A stretch of DNA of 63,685 nucleotides, filler included, from Chiloscyllium plagiosum (lineage: Eukaryota): assembly GCF_004010195.1 (NCBI RefSeq). It is 4 parts of one record of this genome, joined end to end, with 100 filler letters (N's around TTAATTAATTAA, not from the genome) between each part and the next. Parts side by side here need not be neighbours in the genome. Positions count along the whole stretch, not along the records: positions 29,768 to 50,584 come from NC_057710.1; positions 50,685 to 60,737 come from NC_057710.1; positions 60,838 to 63,685 come from NC_057710.1; 1 more part is not named here. One strand, written 5' to 3'. Shown piece after piece: positions 49,941 through 62,631 of the stretch. Each line of letters starts with the position of its first letter. Within the stretch, counting starts at the first letter, position 1. A program made the position numbers and the translations under genes. Below the pieces are notes generated by a model. The model saw nothing but the letters and a program-made list of their open reading frames with translations, was not told where the DNA came from and made no database searches.

Positions 49941-50684
49941 AAAGGCGAATTTGTGAAGAATTGCCTTACTTGGTTATCATATATTATGATATAGCTGTAT
50001 AGATAACCCAGCGGGTAACCCCTTCCCAGTATTCCCAGCCTGAACAAGACTATTCTGATGATATGTTGATATTTTTTAAAAAATTGAATAGTTGTCTTTT
50101 TAAATATCGAACGTTTAACTCACCCTTAGACATTGATCTTAAATTGCGCATTCTTTAATATGCATATGTGTTTGTTTTGCTTTTAGCAAAAACTTTTGCA
50201 AAGAGGTAGTAGTGGCAAGTCCTGAAGGACAGTCCTGAGAAGATGGATGAAACACCTCCTAGAAACCTGCTTATTTCCCATTCAGTGAAGCTGGGGGCTG
50301 TGCAGTGCTCTATGAACTGGGAAGGGGCTGTTTCCAGCCCTCTCTCTTTGACTCTGTGATGCTGTATGGAGCAGAGTAATTTTACACTGGTTTCCAGGGA
50401 GAGAGAGCAGACTGTGTGCAGATGGCAGAGAAACTCCACTCCATCACTGGGCAGAGTCCCTGAGCCAATCAATCGCTCAGTTGTTGGGGCTCTGAATGTT
50501 CCCGCCCCGCCTCAACCCTTTGGCAGACTGAAGATTTTCCAGACCGCAATTGCAAAATCCCAGACCAGAGTGACACTGGTGGTANNNNNNNNNNNNNNNN
50601 NNNNNNNNNNNNNNNNNNNNNNNNNNNNTTAATTAATTAANNNNNNNNNNNNNNNNNNNNNNNNNNNNNNNNNNNNNNNNNNNN

Positions 50685-51143
50685 TATGTGGGGGGTTCCT
50701 GGACTAGGGGGGATAGGACAGTGTCGAGGTAGGTAGAGATGAGTTCAGTGGGGCAGGAGCATGCTGAGACAATGGGTCGGCCAGGGTGGTCAGGCTTGTG
50801 GATCTTGGGAAGGAGGTAGAACCGGGCAGTGCGGGGTCCCCGGACTATGAGGTTGGAAGCTGTGGGTGGGAGATCTCCGGAGGTGATGAGGTTCTGTATG
50901 GTCTGGGAATTGATGGTTTGGTGATGGGGGGTGGGGTCATGGTCGAGTGGGCAGTAGGAAGAGGTGTCCTCGAGTTGGCGTTTGGCTTCAGCGGTGTAGA
51001 GGTCAGTGCGCCAGACTACCACTGCGCCTCCTTTATCTGTTGGCTTGATGGTGAGGTTGGGATTAGAGCAGAAGGATTGGAGGGTTGCGCGTTGTGAGGG
51101 TGAGAGGTTGGAGTGGGGGAGTTGGACAGGTTGAGGCGGTCGA
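50685..51143 (-). mobile_element. Penelope-like element RT, N-terminal part
   Basis: PRTARFYLLPKIHKPDHPGRPIVSACSCPTELISTYLD is a diagnostic PLE RT motif. Confidence 0.9.
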
Positions 51144-51144
51144 T

Positions 51145-53600
51145 GCTTTCATTGCCTGTTTGAGGAAAAGAATTCCAAAGTTTCATAACCCTGTGCTAGA
51201 AGAAAATTTCCTCAATCCTGTCTTAAGTCACAGAAAGACCCATTACAATTTAGGAGCAGGAGTAGGCCATTCAGCCCATCAGGTCTGCTGATCATTCAGT
51301 GGGATCATAGGTGATCCTCCTCTCCACTTTCCTGCCTTTTCTCCTAACCCTTGAATCCCTTATTGAGTAAAAATCTATCTCAACTTCGAGTATCCTTAAT
51401 GATCCAGCTTCGATGTCCCTCTGAGGTGAAGAATTTCACAGATTGACTACTTCTGAGAGAAAATATTACTCCTCATATCTGTCTTAAATGGGTGACCCCT
51501 TGCTCTGAGATTATGCCCTCTGGTCCTAGACTCCCCCACAAAGGGAAGCAACATCTCGACATCTACCCTGTCAAATCCCCTAAGAATCTTGCATGCTTCA
51601 ATAAAGTCACCTCTCACCCTTCTAAACTCCAATAAGTACAGGCCCAGTCTACTCAACTCTCCTCATACGACAGTCCTGCATACCCATCATCCTAGTGAAT
51701 CTTCTCTGGGCTATTTCCTATCCCAGTATATCTTTCCTTCGGTATGGGGACCTGTACTGTTCACAGTATTCCGGCTGTGGCTCAATTAGTGCCTTGTATA
51801 GTTTCAACACGTTTTTACTATTTTTCAATTCAATTTCCTTTGAAATAAAAGTCAATGGTCCTCTTGCCTTCCCTATTACCTGCTGAACTTGGATGCTAGC
51901 TTTTTGTGATCCTTGCGTGAGAACGCAACTATCCCTCTGCTCTGTAGCTTTCTGCAGTCTTTCAGTGTTTAAATATTTTCAGATGGGTGACCTCTAAGTT
52001 GTGAACAGAATTCCCACATTCTACATTCACCAACAAGGGGAAACATCTTTCCACATCTATCCTTTTAAAACCGCTCAGGGACTTACTTGTTTCAATTAAG
52101 TTGCCTCTTACTCTTCCAAATTCCAGTGGTCACAAGCCTGGCCTGTACATGTTTCCTCATGAGACAACATTCCCATTCCAGGTATTAGTCTAAGTCATAG
52201 CGTCATACAGCACAGAAGCAGACCCTTCTGTCCAACTTATCTGTGCTGACCAGGTATCCTAAATTATCCAAGAAGTCCCATTTGCCTGCATTTGACCCAT
52301 ATCCCTCTATGCCTTTCCTATCCATGTACCTGTCCAAATGTTTGTTAAATGCTGTAATTGTACCAGCCTCTACCACTTCTTCTGACAGCTCATTCTATGC
52401 ACGCACCACCATCTTTGTGAAAAAGTTGCCCCTAAGGTCCCTTATAAATCTTTCCCTTCTCACTTTAAACCCATGCCCTCTAGTTTTAGACTCCCCTACT
52501 AGCTGTGGGAGTCGGTGGGTTTGTAGAAAATGTCAGTGTCAAGTCGGTCCCTTATAAATCTTTCCCTTCTCACTTTAAACCCATGCCCTCTAGTTTTAGA
52601 CTCCCCTACCCAAGGAAAAAGACCTTGGCTATGTCCCTTGTGAGTTTACAAACCTCTGTAAGGTCAGCCCTCAGCCTCTTACGCTCTCTGGAAAACAGTC
52701 CCAGCCTATCCAGCCTTTCCTATAACACAAGCCCTCCAGTCTGGCAACATCCTTGTAAATGTTTTCTGTACCCTTTCGAGATTAACAATATCTTTCCTAT
52801 AGCAAGGCAAGAATTGTCCGCAGGATTCTAAAATTAGCCTCACCAATGTACTGTACAACCACAATGTGACATCCCACCTCCTCTACTCAATGCTCTGACC
52901 AATGAAGTCAAGCAAAAACACCTTCTTCACCACCCTGTCTACCTGGGATACCACTTTCAAGGAACTATGAACCTGCACCCCTGGGTCCCTTTATTCAACA
53001 ACACTCCCTAGGGCCCTTCCAGTATACACTGCCCTGGTTTGTCTAACCAAAATGCAGCACCTTGCATTTATCTGAATTATTCCTTATTGCATTCATCTGC
53101 CAATGCTCGGCCCATTGGCTCAGCTGATCAAGATCTCATTGTACTCTTAGCTAATCTTCTTCACTGTCAACTATGCCACCAATTTTGATGTCATCCACAA
53201 ACTTACTAACCGTGCCTCCTATATTCTCATCGAAATCTTTGAAATAAACGATGAACACAAATGGACCAAGCACCAATCCTTGTCACACACTGCTGTCACA
53301 AGCCTCCAGTCTAAATATCAACCATCTACCACCATCCTCAGTCTTCTCCTCCAAACCAATTTTGTATCTAATTGGCCCCCGGATCCCATGTGATCTAACC
53401 TTATTGACCAGTCTACCATGTGGAACCTTGTCGAAGGCCTTGCCAAAGTCCATGTAGACAACATCTCACACTCTTCCTTCATCTAACCTGTTGGTAGCCT
53501 CCTCAAAAAGTCCAGTCAGATTTGTGAGAGATGATTTCCCACACACTAAAGCCATCTGACTATCCCTAATCAGTCCTTGCCTTTCCAAATACATGTAAAT
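51145..53600 (-). mobile_element. Several nested CR1 fragments
   Basis: LGLYLLEFRRVRGDFIE (51447..51656); tail at ~52195; MDFGKAFDKVPH at ~53420-53455. Confidence 0.8.
52436..52609. repeat. Perfect 64-bp direct duplication flanking a 46-bp PLE RT fragment
   Basis: 52436-52499 = 52546-52609; insert 52500-52545 matches 33796-33841. Confidence 0.9.
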
Positions 53601-56475
53601 CAATGGAACACTCCTCCTCACCAAATTTGCTGAACACAATCTGATGATTACAAAACCCTATTTCGCCAGAAAAACAGGCATAAGGTCTCCTGGCAGCAAC
53701 CACGCTCCAAACACTGGTACCTCATCAATTACATCATCGTACGATCTCAGGACCAACAAGCGTACTGATAACAAGAGCTGTTCCTGTTGCCAACGAGTGC
53801 TGGGCAGACCATCGACTCATCTTGTCCACCGTGAGAATGTAGATTCAGCACAAAAGGAAACAACAAAATCAGAACACTCTACGTAATTCAGTGTTGACAT
53901 CCTCCAAGACATGAACCATGTACAGAAGTTCCAACAAAATCTTCAAAAACAACTACCTCAACAAATCCCACCATCCGTAGAAGAATACTGGAATCAATTG
54001 GAGAACACTATCATCACCTCCTGCAAAGAAACAATTGGGTTCAAGACAAAAAAAACATCAGGGTTGGTTCGATGATAACAACAAACTATTCCAACAACTT
54101 ATTGATGAAAAGAGAAGCGCTTTCATCACCTTACAAAATGACCAACAATCGGCTACAGAGAGGAAACGCTAACAGGAATGCAAGGCTCCAGTCCAGAAGA
54201 GCACCTGAAACCTGAAAGCCAACGGTGGAGGATAAAAGCTCGAGAAATCCAACAGCTAGCAGATGCCAACAACACCCAAGGCTTCTTCAACGCAACTAAT
54301 GCTATTTTTGTCGAGAGTGTGGTGCTAGAAAAGCACAACAGGTCAAGCATCATCTGAGGAGCAGGGGAGTTGACATTTTGAGCAAATGCCCTTCATCAGG
54401 AACCTGAAACATTAGCTCTCCTGCTCCTTGGATGCTGCCTGACCTGCTGTGCTTTTCCAGCACCACACTCTCGACTCTAATCTCCAGCATCTGCAGGACT
54501 CACTTTCACCTAGTGCTATTTTTGGCCCATCCACATGGTCAAGCCCCTCTCAAAATCAAAGATGGTTCAACCATCCTGAAGAGCAATGCTGCCATCAATT
54601 CCAAATGAAGCGAGCACTTTGAAGATCTTCTAAATCAAACTGTCTCATTTGACAAGAATGTGATCAACAACATTCCAAAACATCCCGTTGACAACTCCCT
54701 AAGCAAAATACCAACACTTGAAGAAGTCAAGGAAGCCATCAAAACCTTGAAGAATAACAAGGCCACTGGACTCAATGGAACACCAGCTGAAATCTACAAA
54801 ATTGGAGGTAACCTGCTTCAACACCAACAGCATCAACTTCTCATTGCGATCTGAATAAACAAAGACGGACTCGCAGACATTAGAGACTCAGCAATCGTTA
54901 CCATCTACAAAAGGAAAGGTGATCAATCTGAACGCAGTAACTATCGTGGAATTTCCCTGTTAGCAGCAGCAGGAATGATCCTCACCGGCGTCATGAACAA
55001 TTGGCTTAAGCCTTTAGCTGAGAAGATCCTTCCGGAGACATGGGCTGGTCTTAGATCATCACGAGGAACATTCAACATCATCTTCACTATGCGACAACTA
55101 CAAAAAAAAATGTCATGAACAATTGCAACCTTTGTATGTGGCATTCATCGACCTCACCAAAGCCTTTGACTTGGCATCAAGGAAACTCCTATGGGATGCC
55201 CTAAAAAGTACCTTCGAATCCTGAGACTCCTCCACGATGGCGTGCTTGTCACAGTTATGGTCAGCAACAGGAACTGTGAGCCTTTTCAAGCTAGATCAGG
55301 AGTAAAATAGGGATGCGTGATTGCCCTAACCTTGTTCACCATCTTTACTGCATCCACGTCATCAAGGACGATCTACCCTCAGGAATCAAAATTGTCTACA
55401 CACCAGATGGCAGAGCTTTCAATCTTGTCCGTCTCAAGTCCAAAAACAAGACAGCTATGACCTCCCTCACTGAGTTCCAATACACAAACAACAACAGTGT
55501 TGCAGCCCTCTCAGAAAACCACCTATAACACATTCTGACTGCCTTCAACTGTGCACACACAAAACTTGGACTTACCATCAATTCCAAGACAACTCAGATC
55601 ACCATCACCAACTGAGACAAATCAGATGCAACCATCAATTCAACTTGGTGAAACAACCCTGGAAAATGTGGACCACTCTCCATATATTGGAAGTCACCTC
55701 TCCTCCAATGTCAACCTTAATGACGAGATCCAACATCATCTTAAATGCGCTGGAACAGCTTTTGGATGTCCCCAAACAAGAATCTTTCATGATAGTGACA
55801 AACGAACAGACACTAAAATGTTAGTGTACAAAGCAGTAGTAATCCCAACACTCCTGAACGCACCAGAAACTTGGACAATGTACCAACCACATCTGAAGGC
55901 ACTTGAAAAGTTCCATCAATGCTACCTTCGGAACATCTTGACTATCAGCTGGGAAGATAGAAGAACCAACGTCAGCCTGCTGAATGAAGCAAAAACAACA
56001 AGCATTGAATCCTACATCATCAAGAACCAACTAAGATGGAGTGGTCATGTTGTTTGGATGAAAAACAAACATCTGCCGAAACAAATCTTCTACTCCCAAC
56101 TTAAAGAAGGCAAACGTCAAAGAGGCGGACAGCAGAAGAGATTTAAGACGTTTTAAAAGCCAACATGAAGAAATATAACATCGACATCAACAATTGGGCA
56201 ACCAATGGCAACGGCAGGAAACTCTGGTAAACCATCATCCGAGAAGGAACAACAACTTTCAAAGCCAACAGATGTGCAGAACTAAAGAGAAGAGAAGAAA
56301 ATGGCAAATAAGGAATCAACAAGCAAAGCCTGATGTGCCATCTGGAACAACTTGTCCTGAATGCGGAATAACTCTCAAAGCCAAGATTGGACTCCTAAGC
56401 CACCTGAAAGCCCATAAATAGATCAAGGAATGAAGACCATCATCCTCAACATCAAGGGATAGCCACAATGAAATC
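53600..56475 (+). mobile_element. RTE-clade LINE, 5' truncated, frameshifted (APE C-terminus, RT, C2H2-like tail)
   Basis: LKNNKATG.NG.PAEIYK.GG; NYRGISLL; VAFIDLTKAFD; TKMLVYKAVVIPTLL..ETW; QLRWSGHV..M..LPKQIFYSQL.EGKR.RGGQ; CPECG..KIGLLSHLKAH. Confidence 0.9.
54311..54511. mobile_element. Palindromic PLE-B insertion inside the RTE, with TSD
   Basis: TGCTATTTTTG at 54300-54310 and 54514-54524 (15 bp allowing one mismatch). Confidence 0.85.
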
Positions 56476-56729
56476 AGTAAGCCTTTCTGAAGTACTCCCC
56501 CAACATAATTTCCTTACATATGAGAGCATATATTGGATATGGTATTCCTGATGTGGAGTCTTTCCAATGCCCTCTATAACTAAAGCATAACCTGCTATGT
56601 TTGAATCCAAGTTGAATCACAAAAGGCTGCAATATTTCATCAGCAGTAACTGAATACTGACCTTTTGTGATTCATGCATGAAGGCGCAGATCTCCCTTCC
56701 GCTCCTCACAATTTTGCAAGCCCTCACAA

Positions 56730-57510
56730 TTTTATTTTTCTCTTTCTTTTTACTTCTACTCTTTTCCTTTCATTTTTTTCTTTCTTTGGAGCCTTTTCTG
56801 GTGGGTAAATCAGTGAAATCGGTTTATTAGGTATATAGGTCCGTGCGCAGGATGGCGACTCCTCCTGGTGATCGGAGGTGGCGGCAGCATGGCATTGGCA
56901 GCAGAGATGTCCTCCCGCCATTCGGGCCTTACAGCAGCAGTAACGGCAGATCTCCTCCAGCGATCAGAGGTGGCAGGGGCAGCAGACTTTTCAAAATGAC
57001 GGCATCATGGATGGCCGGAGTGGGACTCTTGGTGAGACAGTGGCCTGGTATGACCATGGAGCCAGGGACTCTTGTTTGCAGTAGACCAGAGCAGAGACTC
57101 CTGGCATTGGTGAGGCAGTTTCTGCAGCAGCGACAGTGTGATATGCCCAGAGCCAGGACTCCTGGCATCTCTGAGGCAGCACCAGAGCTGGGGACCCTTG
57201 TTGTGGGTGAGTGTGGGCTCAGCACAGGACCCGGCATCGGCATCAGTGGCAGCTTCAGTGAGGTGGGTCCACTGGCGAAGAAATGGCGCCTAAAGAATGG
57301 CCCCTCCTACATTGAAGGGTCTGGTGCAGGTTTCATTGGTGAGCCGGCTCAGAAGTCAAAGCACTCTTTCAGTTATTTGCTTTATCCTTTTTATTCTTAA
57401 ACTATTCAAAATGGCACCAGATTGTGGGCAACTGTTGAAGCTTTTCACTGTATTTTACTGACATTACTCACTGTAAGATGCAAATGATAATAAATAAAAT
57501 CATTCATTAG
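56730..57510 (+). mobile_element. GC-rich non-autonomous element with LINE-like 3' tail
   Basis: Several ATGGCG/ATGGCA YY1-like motifs; ends GCTTTTCACTGTA..AATAAATAAAATCATTCATT. Confidence 0.4.
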
Positions 57511-58147
57511 TTCAGATAATGTGCTTATTTTTTATGCTTTCTGCCAAAATGAACAATTTCACATTTTCCCACATTGTACTCCATTTGCCAGAACTTTGCT
57601 CATTCATTTAGTCTATCTATATCTCTCCATATGCTCTCTTCACATATCTATCTTTGTGTCATCGGCACATTTAGCAACCATATCATCAACTCTTCATTCA
57701 AATCATTTTTATAAATTGTAAAAAGTTGGAGTATTACCTGAATCTCCGAGGCACACCATTCATTTACATCTTGCTAACCAGCAAGTGTCCTGTTTTAACT
57801 TGCTCTCTCTTTCCCATTAATGAGCTAACCTTCTATCCATGCCAATTTGTTACACCTTAGATTACTTTCTGCAATATCTTTTGATGTTGTCAATATATCC
57901 CTCCTCGTACTCAGTACATGTTAGTTCTTCAAAGAACTCCAATAAATTGGCTAAATGTGCTTTTGTTTTCGCACTATGACTATAAAACAATGTTGACTCT
58001 AAATTTTTCTGAGTGCCCTGCTTTAACATATCTGATAACAGCTTTTAACAGTTCATTGCTTGACTGGACATTATTAAGGGCTGGTATTAATTTTTTTTGA
58101 GTGCAGCTCAGTCTATATAATCAGCTGGTGCTCACACATTCAATACT

Positions 58148-58463
58148 AGATTAAATTAAATTCCCTACAGCGTGGAAACAGGCCATTTGGCCCAACAAGT
58201 GCACACCGATCCTTTGAAGGGTAACCCATCCAGACTCATTTCCTTCCGACTAATGCATCTAACACTGCAAGCAATTTAGCACGGCCAATTCACCTGACTT
58301 GAACATCTTTAGATTGTGGGATGAAACTGGATCACCCAGAGGAAACCCACACAGACACAGGGAAAATGTGTTCACCCGACACAGACAGTTGCCTGAGGCT
58401 GGAATCATACTCGGGTCCCTGGCACTGTGAGGTAGCAGTGCTAACCACTGAGCCACTGTGCCC
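58148..58463 (-). mobile_element. HE1-like V-SINE
   Basis: Reverse complement of head, V-domain and tail. Confidence 0.82.
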
Positions 58464-60184
58464 CCTTTTATAATTCTAATTTTCAATTCATAAAATGTTA
58501 TTATTCTGTTGACCATCATGAGAGCGATCTATAGCCAATCTTTTCAACTAACTCAACTCCTCAACTCCACACAGGGGCTTCTGGGTGCATACAGCTCAGA
58601 AATGGAAACTTTACAAATGCATCATCTTTACTTCACACGAATGATAATTTACTCCTATCATCCTCTGTCAATTACATAAGCTAATTTTGCCGAGCATTAA
58701 CTATACTGATCTAATATTGTATTAAGATACTTCTAGCATCTTATATCTTGTGATATGCTTCATATAAAGTAATTATTAGCACTACACTCCACGAGAGATT
58801 TCAGATGTGCTTCTCAAGAGATAGCACACAGCCTGGGCTGGCTGGAGTGATGTTATGCTCAAGAGTTATCATCAGTGATCGAGGTATATTCCTTATTTAC
58901 AAAATCAAATCGAGTCTTCCCATGGTTACAGCACAGAATGAGACTGTTTGGCCTGCCATGTCCATGTAGTTCACTGTGGAACAACTTTAGCAAGTCCACA
59001 CAACAGCAATTCTCTCATAACCCTGTAAATCTTTCCTTTTTCGATATTTATACAATTTCCTTTTGAAAGCCCAGAATTAAATCTGTCATCACCACACTTT
59101 CAGGATTCCAGATCCTAACCACTCACTGAATGAAAAAGATTTTCCCTTAGGCTGTGTCTGTGCTTTTATCACCTTAACTCAGTACCCTCTGATTCCAGAT
59201 GCTTCTGCCAATGAGAACAGTGCCACCCTATCTCGCCTGTTCGGACTCCTCACTATATCGAATGCCTCTTCTCAGCCTTCGCTTCCCTATGGACAACATT
59301 TCTCGTTTGCCAATCTGTACACTTGACTGAAGTCCCTTACCCCTCACCCCTCAAATCACTCTGAGAAATCTTCTCCACACCTCGAATCCAACATTTCCCC
59401 ATCCTTTCTCAATTCCCTGGTTTAAAATTATGGGTTTCCTTGTCAGAACCAGAGGAGAATGTTTTTCTCTCTCAGAGGACTGTGCAACCTTGGGACTTTA
59501 TGCCTCAGAAAGTGGTGAATGTGGGGTCAAACCAATAGATTTTCATTAGGGGGGGGCAATCGAGAATTACTAGAGCTACATGGGAAAGTGAAATGTAATA
59601 TTCACAAAGATCGAATATGATCTTACTGAATGGCAGAGCAGGATTGCTTTGGCTCCTTTTTCATATGTTTGTAATAAGCCACACTAACATTTTCCTGAGG
59701 TTGTTGAATCAGCTGCTCTAACTTGAATAACAATTACTTTATGCAAGACACACTTTCTGCCAGGATTTACAGTAAAAGTCAGGCCAGAAACACAAAGCAG
59801 CTCAGAGCTGAAGTATCCAATAACTGGATTGTGACTGGATTGAGATAGGGTTAGAGTTAGGACTGACTTAACATATTAGGTCCGAATAAAATCTTCTCTA
59901 CATCAAGGACTTAATTATAAAAGGCATACACACAAAGTCAGGAATTCTTATTTCAGGTTCAATTCCTCTTAAGTCCTGGACTTTAGGACCATGGAAGGTG
60001 CCATATTCATATCAGAGCCACATAAGATCAATTATTTCTCTCCAAATCCTTCCCATATGTCTATCGTAGTTGGTAAGAGTGAGACAGTTTGCTGGTTAGC
60101 CATGGTTGACGTGGAATGATGCCGTCTCAAGATGTAGCTAGCAACCTTTCCCAAGATGAATGAACTGCAGAAACAGACAAAAAG

Positions 60185-60737
60185 AGTCATAGAGATACAA
60201 CATAGAACATAGGACATAGAACAATACAGTACAGAGCAGGCCCTTCGGCCCACGATGTTGTGCCGAACATTTGTCCTAGCTTAAGCACCTATCCATGTAC
60301 CTATCCAATTGCCGCTTAAAGGTCACCAATGATTCTGACTCTGCCACTCCCACAGGCAGCGCATTCCATGCCCCCACCACTCTCTGGGTAAAGAACCTAC
60401 CCCTGACATCCCCCCATACCTTCCACCCTTCACCTTAAATTTATGTCCCCTTGTAACACTCTGTTGTACCCAGGGAAAAAGTCTCCTGACTGTCTACTCT
60501 ATCTATTCCCCTGATCATCTTATAAACCTCTATCAAATCACCCCTCATCCTTCGCCGTTCCAACGAGAAAAGGCCTAGCACTCTCAACCCATCCTCGTAC
60601 GACCTATTCTCCATTCCAGGCAACATCCTGGTAAATCTTCCCTGCACCCTCTCCAAAGCTTCCACACCTTTCCTAAAGTGAGGTGACCAGAACTGCACAC
60701 AGTACTCCAACTGTGGCCTAACCAAAATCCTGTACAG
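60185..60737 (-). mobile_element. CR1 3' end
   Basis: VRPQLEYCVQFWSPH..LERVQ.RFTRMLPG; (ACATAGA)n tail. Confidence 0.9.
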
Positions 60738-61065
60738 NNNNNNNNNNNNNNNNNNNNNNNNNNNNNNNNNNNNNNNNNNNNTTAATTAATTAANNNNNNN
60801 NNNNNNNNNNNNNNNNNNNNNNNNNNNNNNNNNNNNNGATCCATGTTACTGAGCACTTAAGACTGACGAATTTTTTGTTTGCATATTCGTTGTGACCACC
60901 GAACATACCCGGGGTGACAGAGGTCGGAACTCTCTTCCTAAAGAGGGTTTAACCGTACAGACGTCTGCCTTAGACCGGTTGTTAAGAGCAGAGATCTGCC
61001 ACGCGAAGGTCAAGCTTTGAAAGACGTACTGTTCTTGAAGCGGTTCCCTTCAGGGGAGATCCGAC

Positions 61066-62179
61066 ATGGGGGACTTGAATTTCGGACCACCTAAGTTGAC
61101 TCACCTCAGGACAGCACGTCCCGGAGTGCCCTGGTGGCACTGCAGGGACGGTGGGGACATGCCTATTCATAGTCAGTTACTGCTGGATAGCGTAGCCCTG
61201 CATAAGGAAAAGTTGGACCTGGTGATTGCCCAAGCACCAGAACAAAAGGGAATTATCCTGACAAGATTGAGGGAAACATTTAAAAATCCAACATTAATGA
61301 TCAAGATTCTGGACGGTCTCTACAGGTCACCACATTATTCGGCTCTCCAAACAATTGCGCTAGGCAAGCCCCCCGTTGGGTGGGCACCCCCGAGCACTGA
61401 TAGCTCCCGGGAATGGAAAACAAAAATGGTTGTGACCTTTACCCCGCAGTGGGGATACAGACCGGTTTGTTCCCCTAATGGCCCAACTGTTTCGGGCGGT
61501 CTTACCCGGGAGCTAGACTATTTAGCCACGACTGTTACTTTACCCACTGATGTGTACACTGACGAGTCCACCCCAGTCCTGAAAACCCCCGACTCGCGGC
61601 CACCAACAGGGGAGATATTGGGGGAGATCAGTACCCAGTTAAGGGAGAATAATACTGCTATGGAAGCTAAAAGAAAGGTCCGTAACCTAGAGAATAGTCT
61701 CAAGCTGTGGCGGGTTAAGAACTGGTTCCCTAAGGATGACCAACCCTTCTTTACGACAAGCGAATTTGATGCCTTCCAAGCTAAAATCCTAACCTACCTG
61801 CGGGAGAGGAAAGGGATACCAAGAAAGGGTTTTTTAAATTTAGCCAAATCTTCCACTAAAAAGGAGGATGAAGACGTTTACTTGCGGGAGCTTCTGAAAC
61901 GCTTCCAAAGCCACTTACCGATTTCACCTATTCACACACCAGTATTGGATGAGCAGGGTCCTGTCCCGGAATGTGAGCCTGAGTGGTCTCTGAACCCTAC
62001 TCCAATTTACCCCCCTACACCTTACACTTCTCCTGTGGCCGTGCCGACCCAAGGTGCCAACCACGAGGGAAGTCCGCCACCCCCTTACACCAGCCCACAG
62101 TCAGGATCACCCGCTCCCGGTGCATCGCCCACGGCCCCGCTTGCGGACACCAGGGCACCACTGTGTCCGCTCCAACCGC
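61066..62179 (+). CDS. gag: ERV Gag N-terminal part (Met-Gly start, matrix-like region, Pro-rich region with PPPY)
   Basis: 371 open codons up to the gap; W..KNWFP; SPPPPYTSP late-domain motif. Confidence 0.6.
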
Positions 62180-62631
62180 NNNNNNNNNNNNNNNNNNNNN
62201 NNNNNNNNNNNNNNNNNNNNNNNNNNNNNNNNNNNNNNNNNNNNNNNGCCAGCCGGACGGCATCCCACAGAGATGGGAAGTACAGGACGTAGAGGTACAA
62301 GGGGAGGGTTGCTGCCCCGTGCTGGGACAGGATGGCTCCCATGCCCCAAAGTTTCCTTCCCTGGGAAGACATGACAAATTGGCTTCAATGAATAGCCAGT
62401 CCGCCAAGTCTGAACAGGCACCCCGGGAATTCAAAAATCCCGGCGGGACAGTAGGTCCTTTGCTGCAGAAGGGGACACTTTAATTGTTACGGGAGCTCGC
62501 CTCCAGAGCAAGCTTGTGAAGGGAGGGAGCAAGAATGACTCCCAGCTAGATACCACCTCCTCGGAGGATGAGAGGGAGATGATTGGGGATTTTGATAAGG
62601 GGGTCCTACACATCACTCCCACGGCCGCCCA

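Noticed and set aside
56843..57400. 185-aa ORF
   Set aside because: GC-rich interior of a probable non-autonomous repeat; no domain-like features or splice context.
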